A stretch of DNA of 64,000 nt. Origin: Epiperipatus broadwayi. Lineage: Eukaryota; Animalia; Onychophora. Positions within the stretch are counted from its first letter, which is position 1. Every line of letters starts with the position of its first letter. The notes beneath the pieces were generated by a model, which saw nothing but the letters and a program-made list of their open reading frames with translations, did no database searches and was not told the DNA's origin. Both the position numbers and the translations under genes were made by a program. Of this stretch, positions 52,346 to 64,000 are shown in pieces. Where the stretch lies: contig JAQFVV010000003.1 in NCBI GenBank assembly GCA_028023455.1, positions 5,952,001-6,016,000 on the forward strand, written 5' to 3'.

Positions 52346-53811
52346 GTCTTTTAATTATTGAAGCTTATAATAATAGAATAAAGAGAATTTGTTCCTGTAA
52401 AATATTTGTAAGTTCGATATTACATAACATTTTTTTTGTATTTATTTAATTATTAACTAAAAATATAAATTCTATATTAATCTGAATTGTTAATTTGGAA
52501 TGACCTTATGAGTATAAGTGTATTGATTAAAAACAAAAATAAGATAGGAATATATTCAGCATTGGTTAGTTTTGGGGACAATGGCATACTTCTATGAGTG
52601 CACAAACCAGGATTTATTTTTTCTTCTACTAAAATAAAGCAAAAAAAAAAAAAAAGTAACGTTATATTATTTATTATGTATAATTTGATTGAGTTATATA
52701 AAAAAAAATTTTTTAAAAAAAAAAAACCGCATAAAAAATTCTTGTTAAAATATTGATTTAAAACTGTAATTGTTAAAAAAAAAAAAAACACTGAACAAAT
52801 CGATCTTTTAAAACTTAATTTTAAATCTATTTAGTTTATTAAAATGAGACATATTTCTCATTTACAAATTGTTAATCAAAAGATTTTCCAGATTTAATGA
52901 AGCAAAACATAAATACGGAAAAATAAATCACATAGGATTATTCTGTCTTTTAAAAAAATACTTTGAGCCTTAAGTGAGACCGAGAGGATGAGCAGAGTCG
53001 AGACTTCAAAATACATTTTAATGCGCTCATTAAAGACAGGTCAAAAAGACTAATTAAAGAAATGACAAAAAAATACATACAACAAAGTTAAATTGAGGGA
53101 AATGAATAGAAATGTAATTACCCTCATGAATTTTAAGCAGCTCAACATCTCAGAAAATTACATAAATTTAATCAGCCAAAAGCTATTTAAAGTTTGCAGT
53201 CTAGAAAAGGTTTACAATATATAAATTCTTCATGAAACAATAATTATACATTTTAATACTCATTAAAATTTATGACACACCTCTAAATGATGAAATTCTA
53301 AATATAAATTTTGCTACAGGAGTAAAAGCAAACAATGCAAGAATGCCATCAGCAAGGATTAAATGATATTGATTGGTTGTAATACTCTATTGCCTTAGCA
53401 CTCCACTTATCTTCAGACAGAAAACTTAGATAAAATTAGATAGCATAAAGAAGTTTTAAAATAGCCTCTCCAAGGCATAGGCCTCTCCAGTAGTGCTTCA
53501 TGCAAAAATAATGAAAGAGAATTGGCAGGTTTTCATTTCTATTTTATCCTATAAGTATTAGAGATCCATTTGCCAACCAATAACAAATGGCTAGTATGGA
53601 TATGAACTGCAACATAACATTCTAAGTCTGATCATAACCTTAAAAAAGTTCAAGTTTTATCTGTCATAGTTCAAAACCAAATCTTGCAAATAGTGGTCAG
53701 ATGTGCTACATCTGTACTATGAAATGTTTCACTAAATTTAATATACATGCAAAACAATAATTATATATATATATTATAAATCGATGTCTATATTTCTTCA
53801 AAGCAATATAC

Positions 53812-54010
53812 GGAATCTTATAATTGAATATTAGTAAATACAGTAATCAAAAATTTTGAGAAGTACAAAAAATATAATCATCACTTAGGAGCAAAAAGTA
53901 CAAATAATATAATCGTCATTTAGGAGAGCTTCGCTAGTGACGATTATATTTTTTCTTACTTTTCAAAATTTTTGATTACTGTAGTTACTAATATTCAATT
54001 ATAAAATTCC
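53812..54010. mobile_element. About 200-bp palindromic MITE-like element
   Basis: GGAATCTTATAATTGAATATTAGTAA...GTCA pairs with TGAC...TTACTAATATTCAATTATAAAATTCC. One arm contains a short internal direct duplication; TA-rich flanks. Confidence 0.6.
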
Positions 54011-54509
54011 ATATATATATATATCATAACATTAAATATTTAAAAGTAAATGGGTTTGAACCAAAAATATACAATGATATATTAAATATGACTATAAATC
54101 TTGATTCAAATAAATAAGAATGTTGAATGATTAAATTGAAATAATGAATCAATTTATATATATATAATATTAGCCAATGTGATGATGATGTTGATGACTT
54201 ATAACCTAAGTACAAGTTTGCCAAAAATATTTTTGTTTTTCTAGCTCTAATCAAAAAAATTAAACTTTAAAGTGCCAAACCTTCTAATGAGAAAATTTAC
54301 TTTTGGAAAACTTAATAATACTTGTTGTTGCTTGATTTCTCAGGGATGTGAATATTACAAGACTATAGGGTGTTAAAATCATTATGTTTGGAATAAGTTC
54401 TATAAGCAAACACAAACTAAATGGATTAATAAAAAATAATTTAACAATTTATTAACAATAAAAACTGCTGTGTATACACTTGCAACTAATAATGCAGAAA
54501 TACAATAGT

Positions 54510-55440
54510 AAAATATATTTTAAATTTAAGTTTAAGGTTTTATAATATCTATAATGATAAAATCTTATCAATGAAATATTTAAATAGTTTCAAACCATTG
54601 TTTTCTGTAGATATTGTTCTTTACAGTTGTCTTCATTAATTCCTCCAATGATGATAGTTTTTCTCCTTGGGCACTGGTCATGTTAGAGGAAAAAGACAGC
54701 AGAAAAAGTGGCATTACATAAAGTATAGCACTCCTAGGTCTTAGGTAATTATTACAGCACTGTTTATTTCTTCCTCCATGGCATTTTTAAGTCAGGTGAT
54801 GACTAGTTTTGGCAAACTTCAGCATTAGTTTCTGGATCCAACTCGGTTTCTGGGTATTTTGGCTGATATGGTTTTTGGTTATTGATCCACACATGATATA
54901 TAGTTCTCTGGTAGATAAAATCATCATATTGGCAGTTATATTGTTAACAGTGAAGTATTGAAAACATGAGTATTTATACTCTATCCTAACACTGTTCAAC
55001 ATGTTTTCCAAACAATTTATTACCAGCAAGTTACAAGATTTGATCTGTTTCCTTACAACATGTTTTTGGGGGAACATTTTCTTTATTCTCTTCACATGTT
55101 ATGGAAGCAAATTTAAAGATATATTATGATTTGATACACAAATGATCTAAAGAAAAAAAATAGTATTTTTTTCTTTATTTCTTTATTTACATAAGTTAGC
55201 AATAGGAAGAAAGAAAAAAAATGTTGCCAATATTTAAATTTTACACGATAAATTTTAAAATATTATTAATTCCAAAATTTTAATATCATATTTAGTTTTG
55301 CCATTAAATTTAATATAAAGATGTAGGATATTTTATTTAAAATTTAATTTAACAAAAGACAAACTAAAAAGAGTTCAAAATGCTTCAAATTTTTATAAAT
55401 TATGCAATTTAAACTTCTTATGCACATCAACTCAATTTTT
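54510..55440. repeat. Diverged direct repeat, copy 1 (partner at 59975-60915)
   Basis: Colinear blocks such as AATTTAAGTTTAAGG, TTATAATATCTATAATGATAA, CATTAATTCCTC, CTTCAGCATTAGTTT and CTTATGCACATC occur in both copies. Confidence 0.8.
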
Positions 55441-57399
55441 GTTTCTTCTCTTATAGTGCAATTTTTTTCTCACAAGAGATTTATTGCTTAAATAAAATGA
55501 TTACATTAGTAGTACAATGGTGAAAGCAATACAGTTAATTACAAAGCCAGGATAAGGATCACACAACTAGTCTTGTAGTCAGGAACAACTAAATGTACAG
55601 CCCAAGCATCATAAACAAAAATCTGCAATGGAAAGACAGTCCCATTTAGTCTTAAAAATAAATAAAGGAGTAATTTTTTGTCTTTATCATGGATAGTCCA
55701 AAGCTTTGATGTGAATAATTGACAGGGATTATCAATGGTAAGATTAAAGATAAGCATGCACCTAATGAACTAATATCAAAGAATAAGAAAGTGGAAATCC
55801 TAATAGATGGAAAGACACCGTTTCCAATAGTACTAATCAGGGTAGTGAGAGTAGGCTTCTGGCTTATGTAAATGGAGGCTATAATATCTACAACATTAAA
55901 GTGAGGTACAATGACAGAAAACATGCAACATGGTCTCATCATCCTTATGACACAAAGAGAAGACTTGGTCTATGCACAAGAAACCCCTACAGGTGACTAG
56001 AAAATGGCTTGTAGAAAGAGCATTTAGGTTTATCTTGATCAGAAAGTTTAAATATTTGGATCCAGATGCCACTGCTTGAATTTTTTAATAATGTTATAAT
56101 TAGAGAAGGATAAAATGGAAAGACAAGGAGGAGTATCATTAAATAATAAGATAATATGCCTCCCAAAATTTAATTTTTTGAGAATTTGGTTGAATAGGTA
56201 TAATGGTAAATTTTGAGATGTGCTCTAATAGGGACAACAATCATCTCTTCTCATGAAAAGGAAGGGTGTCCATAGTGAAAACTGGTGAAGCATAATGCAT
56301 CAGGGAACTGAGGAAAAAATTTTAGGATGGTATTATGGGCATGTTGGAATTGGAATGTTACAATAGAGTGAAGTGAAAGTCCATTGAGTTTCGTATGCTT
56401 CTGATGATTTCTGAGGCTAATAGCTACAGTCCTGCCCTTCCAGCAAAGTTTTGAGCATAAAGTATTTATTTTCCTAATAAACTCTCATGAGAAATTGATG
56501 ACCAGCATAAAATAAAAACTCCTTGGAAACACAAGGATGTTAAGAAGTGAGGTCTTTGCAAATAGAAACATATAGACTTTTGATAATGAAGATGTGATCT
56601 TAAGAGAAGAGAGAAGAAGTGATTCTTGTATGGTTTTTCTCATTGCTGAGGGGAAGTTAAAAATTGGAAAACCCAAAAATTTTGGTGGTTTAGCAGAAAA
56701 TAGTGAGGTGATAGTGTTCCCAGAGGATAACTTCCATGCCGAGGATTCACCCATGCAATTTATCATTAGATTTTTCACATATTTCACATATTGCAAAGTA
56801 AATTTATAAAATATCTAATAAAATGATTAAATGGTTAAATTAACATTTAAGTGTTTAGACAGTTTTACTCAAATAACATATGTATATATACTCATACACA
56901 TATGGCAGTTTACACATTTTTTAATGCACCATTATAATATAACTAATCTGAGCTGAGATTTTGTTATAGTTACAAATTCCTTTCCTTTAAAATGAGACAA
57001 TGAGACAATATAACTTTTCATTTATCATTTGTATGCTTATAAAAAAATTAACTTTATTTTTCAAATTCTATTTGTATTTCAGTAATTTTTATAGTGTTTT
57101 ATAGAATACATATGTCCATGATTTTATTGTCAAGAAAATTGCTTGATGTTAAACTGTATAAAGAATAAGAAGGATTTCAACTTTAGGATTTATAAAATAA
57201 AAAAAATGACCACACAACATTGAGATATACACTGAAGCATGAACACTAGAAAAATTCTCTCAGTTTGATTTCTACTAAATTACCCACAACACATTAAAAA
57301 TCAAATATAAGCCTTGTTCCCTTTTTCTTATAGACTGATGAGTATAACATTTGAAAATAAAACTTTCCTCTCTTTTCAGTCTTAGAGGCTGATAAAGTC

Positions 57400-58930
57400 A
57401 ATAAACATTTAAAATGCACCTTGCTTCTTCTGACTCTTACAGGTGGGTGAGTAAACCACTTGAAAAAAAATTTGTGGCATCACCTGAGACAATATATACT
57501 TCAACTGATGCATGACAGCATAGTGTCTTATGTAGATGATCAAATTCCAGTACATCATTAGAAATAGAATATATCTAAAACTATAATAACATTTTTTGTT
57601 CATCATGCTTTGCAAAAATAAATTTATTCATTCTGATCATATGTTTTATATCTGTTGACAGTATTTATTTATCCCTTAATTTTTAGTTTTTATGAATGTT
57701 ATCCATAAAAGTCATTCTTGCTTTTTAGAAAACTGGTAATTTCTTGTTAATTTTAATCTCACTTTTGGTATTGTCATATATTTTACCTTTTAACTCATTA
57801 TATAATTTCATTTCTCCTTAAAACATTTTTCCATTTTAAAAGATCCAGGTTTGGCAGTGAATAAATCATCCCTTATTTTTCAAAAATTAAGTTTTACCTC
57901 TTACCAGATATTTTTTTTAGTAGTGGAGATATCATTTAGTATGATCCAAAAAATCTAACATTCTCTTTATTCTAAAGCAAATATTTGACTTTCTTTTTTC
58001 TCTTTTTTCCATTTTCTTTTTCATTTCTTGCACTGGAAGTCAAACTTAATGATCTGTCAAAACCAATCAATCAATTCAAACACAGAATACTATTAATGTG
58101 CTTTATATTGTTTAGCCTTTTTCTTTTATAGGTTTTACAGTATCAAATGCTTTTATTTTTAATTTTCTTCACATACTCTTCATTATTCCTGCTTTTAATA
58201 TTTAAGCAGCAAGATTCATTTTTCAAAACTTCTTCTACACATGGACTTTCCCTTCAATGGCATCATTATAGAAGTTTACTTTTTTTTAAAGAATCTACTT
58301 TAGGTTCTTTAATTAAATTCAAATTCAATACTTCCTTAGTTTATTTTATTATCACAATTGATTTTAAATGTGATGTTTTTATTATACTTGTTTTATTTTC
58401 TCCAGTATTTTCAATACATGTTATAATGTTGATAATTTGTCTAAGCTCATCTAAGGGTTTCACTTTTTTTTTCAAAACTTCAGCTGGATTAGTGTCATTT
58501 GCTTTTTATTTAATTTTTCCTCTTCATGTGCCGCTTCAAAGATTTTTCCATTTTTTTTTAGTTTTTTTTATCATTTTTCTTCAAATTTTTCTACACCATT
58601 CATTAAATTCATTACCTCTTTTTTCTTTTTTTGTCAAAATTTTGTTGCATTTCTTCAAATTTTAATGCATTTCCTGACTCTTTTGTTGTGTTTCTTCACT
58701 TTTTGAATGCATTCCTTTAACTTTTTGCAGAACTTTCTCACTTTATTGTATTTATTCACTTTTTAAATGCATTTCTTGGTTTTTCTCTTGCATTTCTTTC
58801 ATAACAGCATAATAAAATGCCTCTGATTTCTTTTCTAAAGGCTTTTGCACTATATGAATGGCTTCTTGCTCTATCAGTTCTGATTCCATTGGCTGTACTG
58901 GCTTAGACATTGCTGATGAAACCATGCTGA
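57400..58930 (-). pseudogene. Decayed K/E/Q-rich coiled-coil ORF, possibly LINE ORF1 or gag
   Basis: Minus frame MVSSAMSKPVQPMESELIEQEAIHIVQK...MKEMQEKNQEMHLKSE...KGMHSKSE...SQEMH, with stops and frameshifts, followed by DELRQIINIITCIEN. No diagnostic enzymatic motif. Confidence 0.35.
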
Positions 58931-59974
58931 ATTATATTCTTCGATTTTTCTTGCTTTTGAAAGTGTTATTATTTATATATAAAGCTAAATGTTATTTAAT
59001 ACCCTTGTTAACAATCTGTGTTCCGGTTTACAAACAAATATTTTTTTCTTTATATATTATCATTAAATAAACACATTAATCTCAAGATTTCATATAAATT
59101 TCCTCCAGAATAATATGATATACATCTGTCTTAATATATATAATGTTTATTTTATTATTTTTATACATACTGCCATTTACTAAATATTATCCTGTTTACT
59201 ATACTACTTTCATAAAATGTTTGTACATACATTTTTTTATAAACTTCCTCATCTTATTTCTCCTTTCAAATATTTATTGCATGTTAGCGATTATATTTAT
59301 ATCACAATATGTAAAATTTATTCATGTTCTAATATCAAGTATATGTGTCTATACAAACATAAAGTTGAACAGAAAAAAGAGGGTGTTCAGGCCACAATGT
59401 TGTTTGCACCTACACAGGAGTGAATTTGAGTAGAAGAAAGAGAATTTTCAGGGTGTGCCAAATATGTATGGATGAATATACAACAGTAAACAGATTTGAA
59501 ACAAGAATCAAAGATATATCATGATATATTAAATATGTATCAAAAATCTTGATTCAAAAAATATGAAAGTTGAATGGTCAATAAAATTCAAATCAAAATG
59601 ATGCAATTTAGGTATGTATTATAGTAACCATTGTGAAGATAATGATGAAGATAATTTATAACCTAATTACAAGTATTCCAAAATTATTTTCTTTTTTTTT
59701 TTTCTAGTTTCAATAAAAAAATGAAACCTTAAAGTGAAAATCATTTAAAGTAAAAGTTTACTTTTGGATAACTTAAAAAGACCCAATCATCATCTTTTAC
59801 AAATTATTACCATCATTGCTACATGTATCCCAATGGATTGCATGATTTTTGAAATAAATTTGATAAGCAAACAGAAACTAAATAGACTAATAAAAAATAA
59901 CATTAACAATATAAACTATTGCATATATACACTCACAATTATGAATGCATATACAAAATATGAAGTATGATGAT

Positions 59975-60915
59975 AATAAAAAATATTTTGAATTTAAGTT
60001 TAAGGCCTTATAATATCTATAATGATAAGAGCTTACCAGTGGAATATTTAAACAGTTCCTCATTAATTCCTCTGAAGATGTGACTTTGTCTCATTGGACA
60101 CTGATGATATTAGAGAAGAAAGACAGAAGCATTGGTGATTTTACATAAGCTATAGTATCAACAGGTCTTGTGTAGTCCTTATGACACTGTTTATTTCTTT
60201 ATTCATGACTTCAGCATTAGTTTGTATATCCAACAGCAATCTCTGGGTCTTCTGGCTAATATGGGTTTTGATTATCTAGCCACACATGGTAGATAGTTTT
60301 CTACTATATAAAATCATTATAACTTGCTGTTATAATAGGAAATAGTAATATACAGTTATCTGTGTTATGGTAGAAGTTTTAACCAAGAATTTATCTCATC
60401 ATAGAATTACTGCAATACTGCTTCTTGAAGTGTTCAAATTACAAAAAGACTTGTTTGCTTGGAATGGACTTGACTATTTATACCCTGCCTATTGTTCTTC
60501 AACAACATATTTCCAAATAATGAATTTGTCACCAGATAATTAAAAGATTTGCCCAGTTTCCTTACAACAATATGTTTTTAGAAAACATTTTCTTAATTCT
60601 CTTCACAACATGTTGTGGAAACAAATTTACAAATATTATATTATAATTTGATACACAAATGAATGAAAGAAAATCATTTTTATTTATTCATTTATATAAA
60701 TTAATGATAGAAAAAAAGAAAAAAATGTTGACATTTAAAATATTATTAATTCTAAAATTTTAATATCATATTTAGTTTTGTCATTAAATTTACTATAAAA
60801 TGTTGGAGATTTTATTTAAAACTCCTTTAAGGCAAACTAAAAAGGGTTCAAAATGTTTCAGATTTTTATGAACCATGCAATTTGACCATCTTATGCACAT
60901 CGAATCATTTTTTTC
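59975..60915. repeat. Diverged direct repeat, copy 2 (partner at 54510-55440)
   Basis: See copy 1; this copy has an extra internal segment near 60320-60480. Confidence 0.8.
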
Positions 60916-61047
60916 TTTCTTTACTATGCAATGTATCATTAGGTTTCTAGTATATTATAAAGTGAATTTATAAAATATTTAATGATTAAATGCATAAACT
61001 AACTTTTATTTTTTTAGTCAGTTTACTCAAGTGACATATATATATAT

Positions 61048-61476
61048 TGTAATGATCCGGCGAATAAGACTTAACGTAATCTGCACTACGGGGCGCCATC
61101 TAGGCATTTGAACCTAGAAAAATTTATAAAGTAGGCAGATACATCAGTCAAAAAAAAAAAATTTTTTTTTTTTTTTTTTAATTTTGATTCCGGTCGTTAG
61201 CCCATGTCACTAGCTCAGTGGAATGGCAGAGATTTAATAAGATAATCTATTATCTAATTATATTTCAATATTAAAAAAATAAATAAAATAAGCCACTGCC
61301 ATTCCACTGAGCTAGTGACATGGGCTAATGACCGGAATCAAAATTTAAAAAAAAAAAAAAAAATTTTTTTTTTTGACTGATGTATCTGCCTACTTTATAA
61401 ATTTTTCTAGGTTCAAATGCCTAGATGGCGCCCCGTAGTGCAGATTACGTTAAGTCTTATTCTCTGGATCATTACA
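61048..61476. mobile_element. Young foldback/MITE with about 180-bp TIRs and TGT...ACA ends
   Basis: 61048-61229 pairs with 61296-61476 with only a few mismatches; 66-nt AT-rich spacer; CpG-rich. Confidence 0.8.
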
Positions 61477-62491
61477 ATTGGCTTTCCCAACTCGGGCCAA
61501 TCTTTAATAAACCACAAATACCCTGAGCAAATTTTGTCAAAATGAAATATTTTATCTGTTTACATAAGTCGTATACTTTAAATCTTATAAAAGCTCTGCC
61601 AGTAAAAGAAATTGCGCATATATATTAAACACAAGAAAGTGAAAAAAATTTTAAAAACTAATTTTTGTTAAAAAAAAAAGTCAAAAGGTTGCAATAAATA
61701 TGTTTTTTTTTTGTTGATATATATTATGCTTTAACGTGTATAGGCGCGCACAGCCACGTAAGTTTATGATCAAAATGTGGTACCTTACGATGAGTACCAT
61801 TGGGAATTTACTTCAGTGTAATCCTATTTAAGCATTTTAATCAGTCATAAATAAGTTGGTGGTATTTATAATTGTGCTGCAAATATACACGTGTAAATCC
61901 ATTATCTTTCAAAATATATTTACTTCAATGCAACCTTCTTAAATAAATAATTTATAAAATAACTTGCTTGTCATGCCGTGTGTAAAAATAAAATGTATAA
62001 AATAAAATAGAACTCTTGTGGGGAGGGGTGTAAACGTAAATGGTCCTTAGGTAAGCGATAGTCAACATTTTCTTTTTCTTTTTGTAAAATTATTAACCGG
62101 ATGTTTTGTAAATGTCTTCGTCAATCGTGTACCGTAATTACTAACCCTAAGTAAAATTTTTTTTTTTGATCATTTTTTTTTTAAGCAACTTTACTGATAT
62201 GTAACGAGCACAGACGTTCGTTACATTGTTTTTTTTTATATTTATTAAACATGAAAGTAAATTAAAAAGTTCGCATTTAAAAATTTTCTTTAAGAATTAA
62301 AAATTGAAATTAAATATCATCTTAAACTCGTATATGTTAAATCGCACAGATAATGAAAAATTATTAAAATAAAACTTTATTAAAGAAAAAGTATTTTAAA
62401 ACTAAATTTTAAAAAGATTTGGAGATAAAATTATATCTTTAAATTTATCTTTAAATATATTTTTGATTTGGAAAACAGGTTAATTAATCAG

Positions 62492-63068
62492 AAATGGAAA
62501 TGATTGTTAATTAGTTAAATGTAAACCAGCCTTGGGCATTTAAATGTAAAAACATCGGTCAGATAGGAAAACAACAGAAACTGTTAGAAAATAAGAAGAA
62601 ATCCCTATGGAATTGGACCGCAGCGAAAGGACCATCGCCATCGGTGACGTAATGTAAATTCAATCCTTCACATTAATATAAAAAGGACAAGTTTGGAAAT
62701 TATTGGTTAGTTAATGATTATTTACGATGTGACAGATATGTGTTAGTGCAGAAGTGACGAAGAAGGGATTGAAAAAGACGCACGTTCAATCCCTTCAGTT
62801 GTTATAAAATGGAAAAATGAAACATCGCTTTTCTTATATTCAGAGGACCACAGGATCATCGGGAAATTTAATGCTGGATTTCAAACGGCAAGCAACTGTA
62901 AAAGATGAACATTTTAAACCGTAAGAACTTTATAAATAATGAACATTAAATTAAAACTTTCCAAATTTAAATGATTGCAATATTATCCTATCTGACCAAC
63001 TTAATTTATTAATAATGTTATTTCATGTATTTCTTTTTATATATATATATTTAAAATCATTTCCATTT
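62492..63068. repeat. Old imperfect inverted repeat (possible MITE)
   Basis: Two nested exact inverted matches: AAATGGAAATGATT (62492-62505) with 63055-63068, and GGTCAGATAGGA (62557-62568) with 62986-62997. Confidence 0.4.
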
Positions 63069-64000
63069 ATTTATTTATTTTTTGTTCTTTAAGTTTTATC
63101 ATGATTTTTGTTTTTCGTTAAATTAATTATATAAATGTTAAACTTAAGTCGGGCGTGAATGGCTGTATAGATTTGTAAAGTTATATTAGGGGAGGGTAAT
63201 CTTAGATTATTTATGTCGTTGTTAGATTAGGTCAATGGATTGGATATATTGATGTAGTTAGTAGATGTAGTCAGAGATTCGCTACTGGCAGAATCGTTTA
63301 TATTTACGCCGCACTCACCCGTTTGCCTATGAAAGGAATTATAAGATGGAGAACGCAGTTCCTTTCTATGGAGTTTTTGTTTTATTGTTCTTCTCATTAG
63401 ATAGATGTAATATCCCTATCTGATGAGAGTCAATGCCTTCTCTTAATCTTTTTGGTGCTGTCGTATTCCGTATTACATTGAATACATCGATGTATCAGAT
63501 GAATTGATGCCAGTTTGACTGCGAATTTTAGCCTAAGGTTAAATAGGGATAGGATATTTTATTTTCAAATGCAAATCTATGTAGTCTATTCATACTCGAT
63601 CCTAAATAAAAATGCATTAAATTTAAGTTGTTTATGGACGCTTGCATGGATTGGTTATCGGTTAAGTATGTTTTGGGTTTTCATATTTGATCAAAATATA
63701 TAGACATTCGATAAATAATGATACCTTACGGTGAGTATCTAAAATGTATTTCTTCGGATGTCTTTTAAGTCATTGGTGACAATGCAAGTATCTTATGGTG
63801 AATACTACTGGGTTACTTATAAATTTCCCTCTGCAATTGCCAGTATCAATGATTTTATATTTTGATCGTTTATGTTTACTTTGGAATGTTTTTAACCGTG
63901 TAATCTATGTAACCGATCTATAGCAACATATTAAAACAAGCTTTTATAATCCCATCTGTGCGAACTTAATTAAAATGTAAACTTATAATATAATAGAAAT

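Noticed and set aside
55540-56460. Possible highly decayed plus-strand LINE RT/RNase H fragment (QGS..., VYLDQK, GHVGI words)
   Set aside because: Motifs are short, in different frames and poorly spaced; not supportable without a profile search.
57325-57385. CTGATGAG...GAAA (similar isolated CTGATGA hits near 38653, 56401, 60103 and 63420)
   Set aside because: No compatible stems II, III and I; consistent with chance 7-mers.

Overview
Very AT-rich, CpG-depleted eukaryotic DNA (invertebrate-like; species not determinable) with no host gene I can confidently call. The window is mostly decayed mobile elements: a truncated Gypsy (Mag-like) LTR element, a Chapaev-3-like DNA transposon, a near-complete RTE LINE, a probable solo LTR, two Tigger/pogo-type MITEs, a decayed Tx1/L1-like LINE, two Penelope-like (PLE) GIY-YIG remnants, tRNA-Gly(TCC)-derived copies, and several tandem and inverted duplications. 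The main signal not explained by the ORF track is a set of short head-to-head inverted-repeat elements (about 5.8, 21.6, 32.5, 36.9, 43.6 and 51.9 kb) carrying minimal type-I hammerhead ribozyme (HHR) motifs of three unrelated sequence families. One family has the compensatory U3-A8 core (UUGAAAA instead of CUGANGA). All share one geometry: HHR-sense 3' ends point outward. The PLE coding remnant at 27.8-28.8 kb has the same geometry. HHRs in PLE repeats are known in general; the activity and identity of these particular families is inference and untested. All alignments were done by eye, so boundaries of old elements are approximate.
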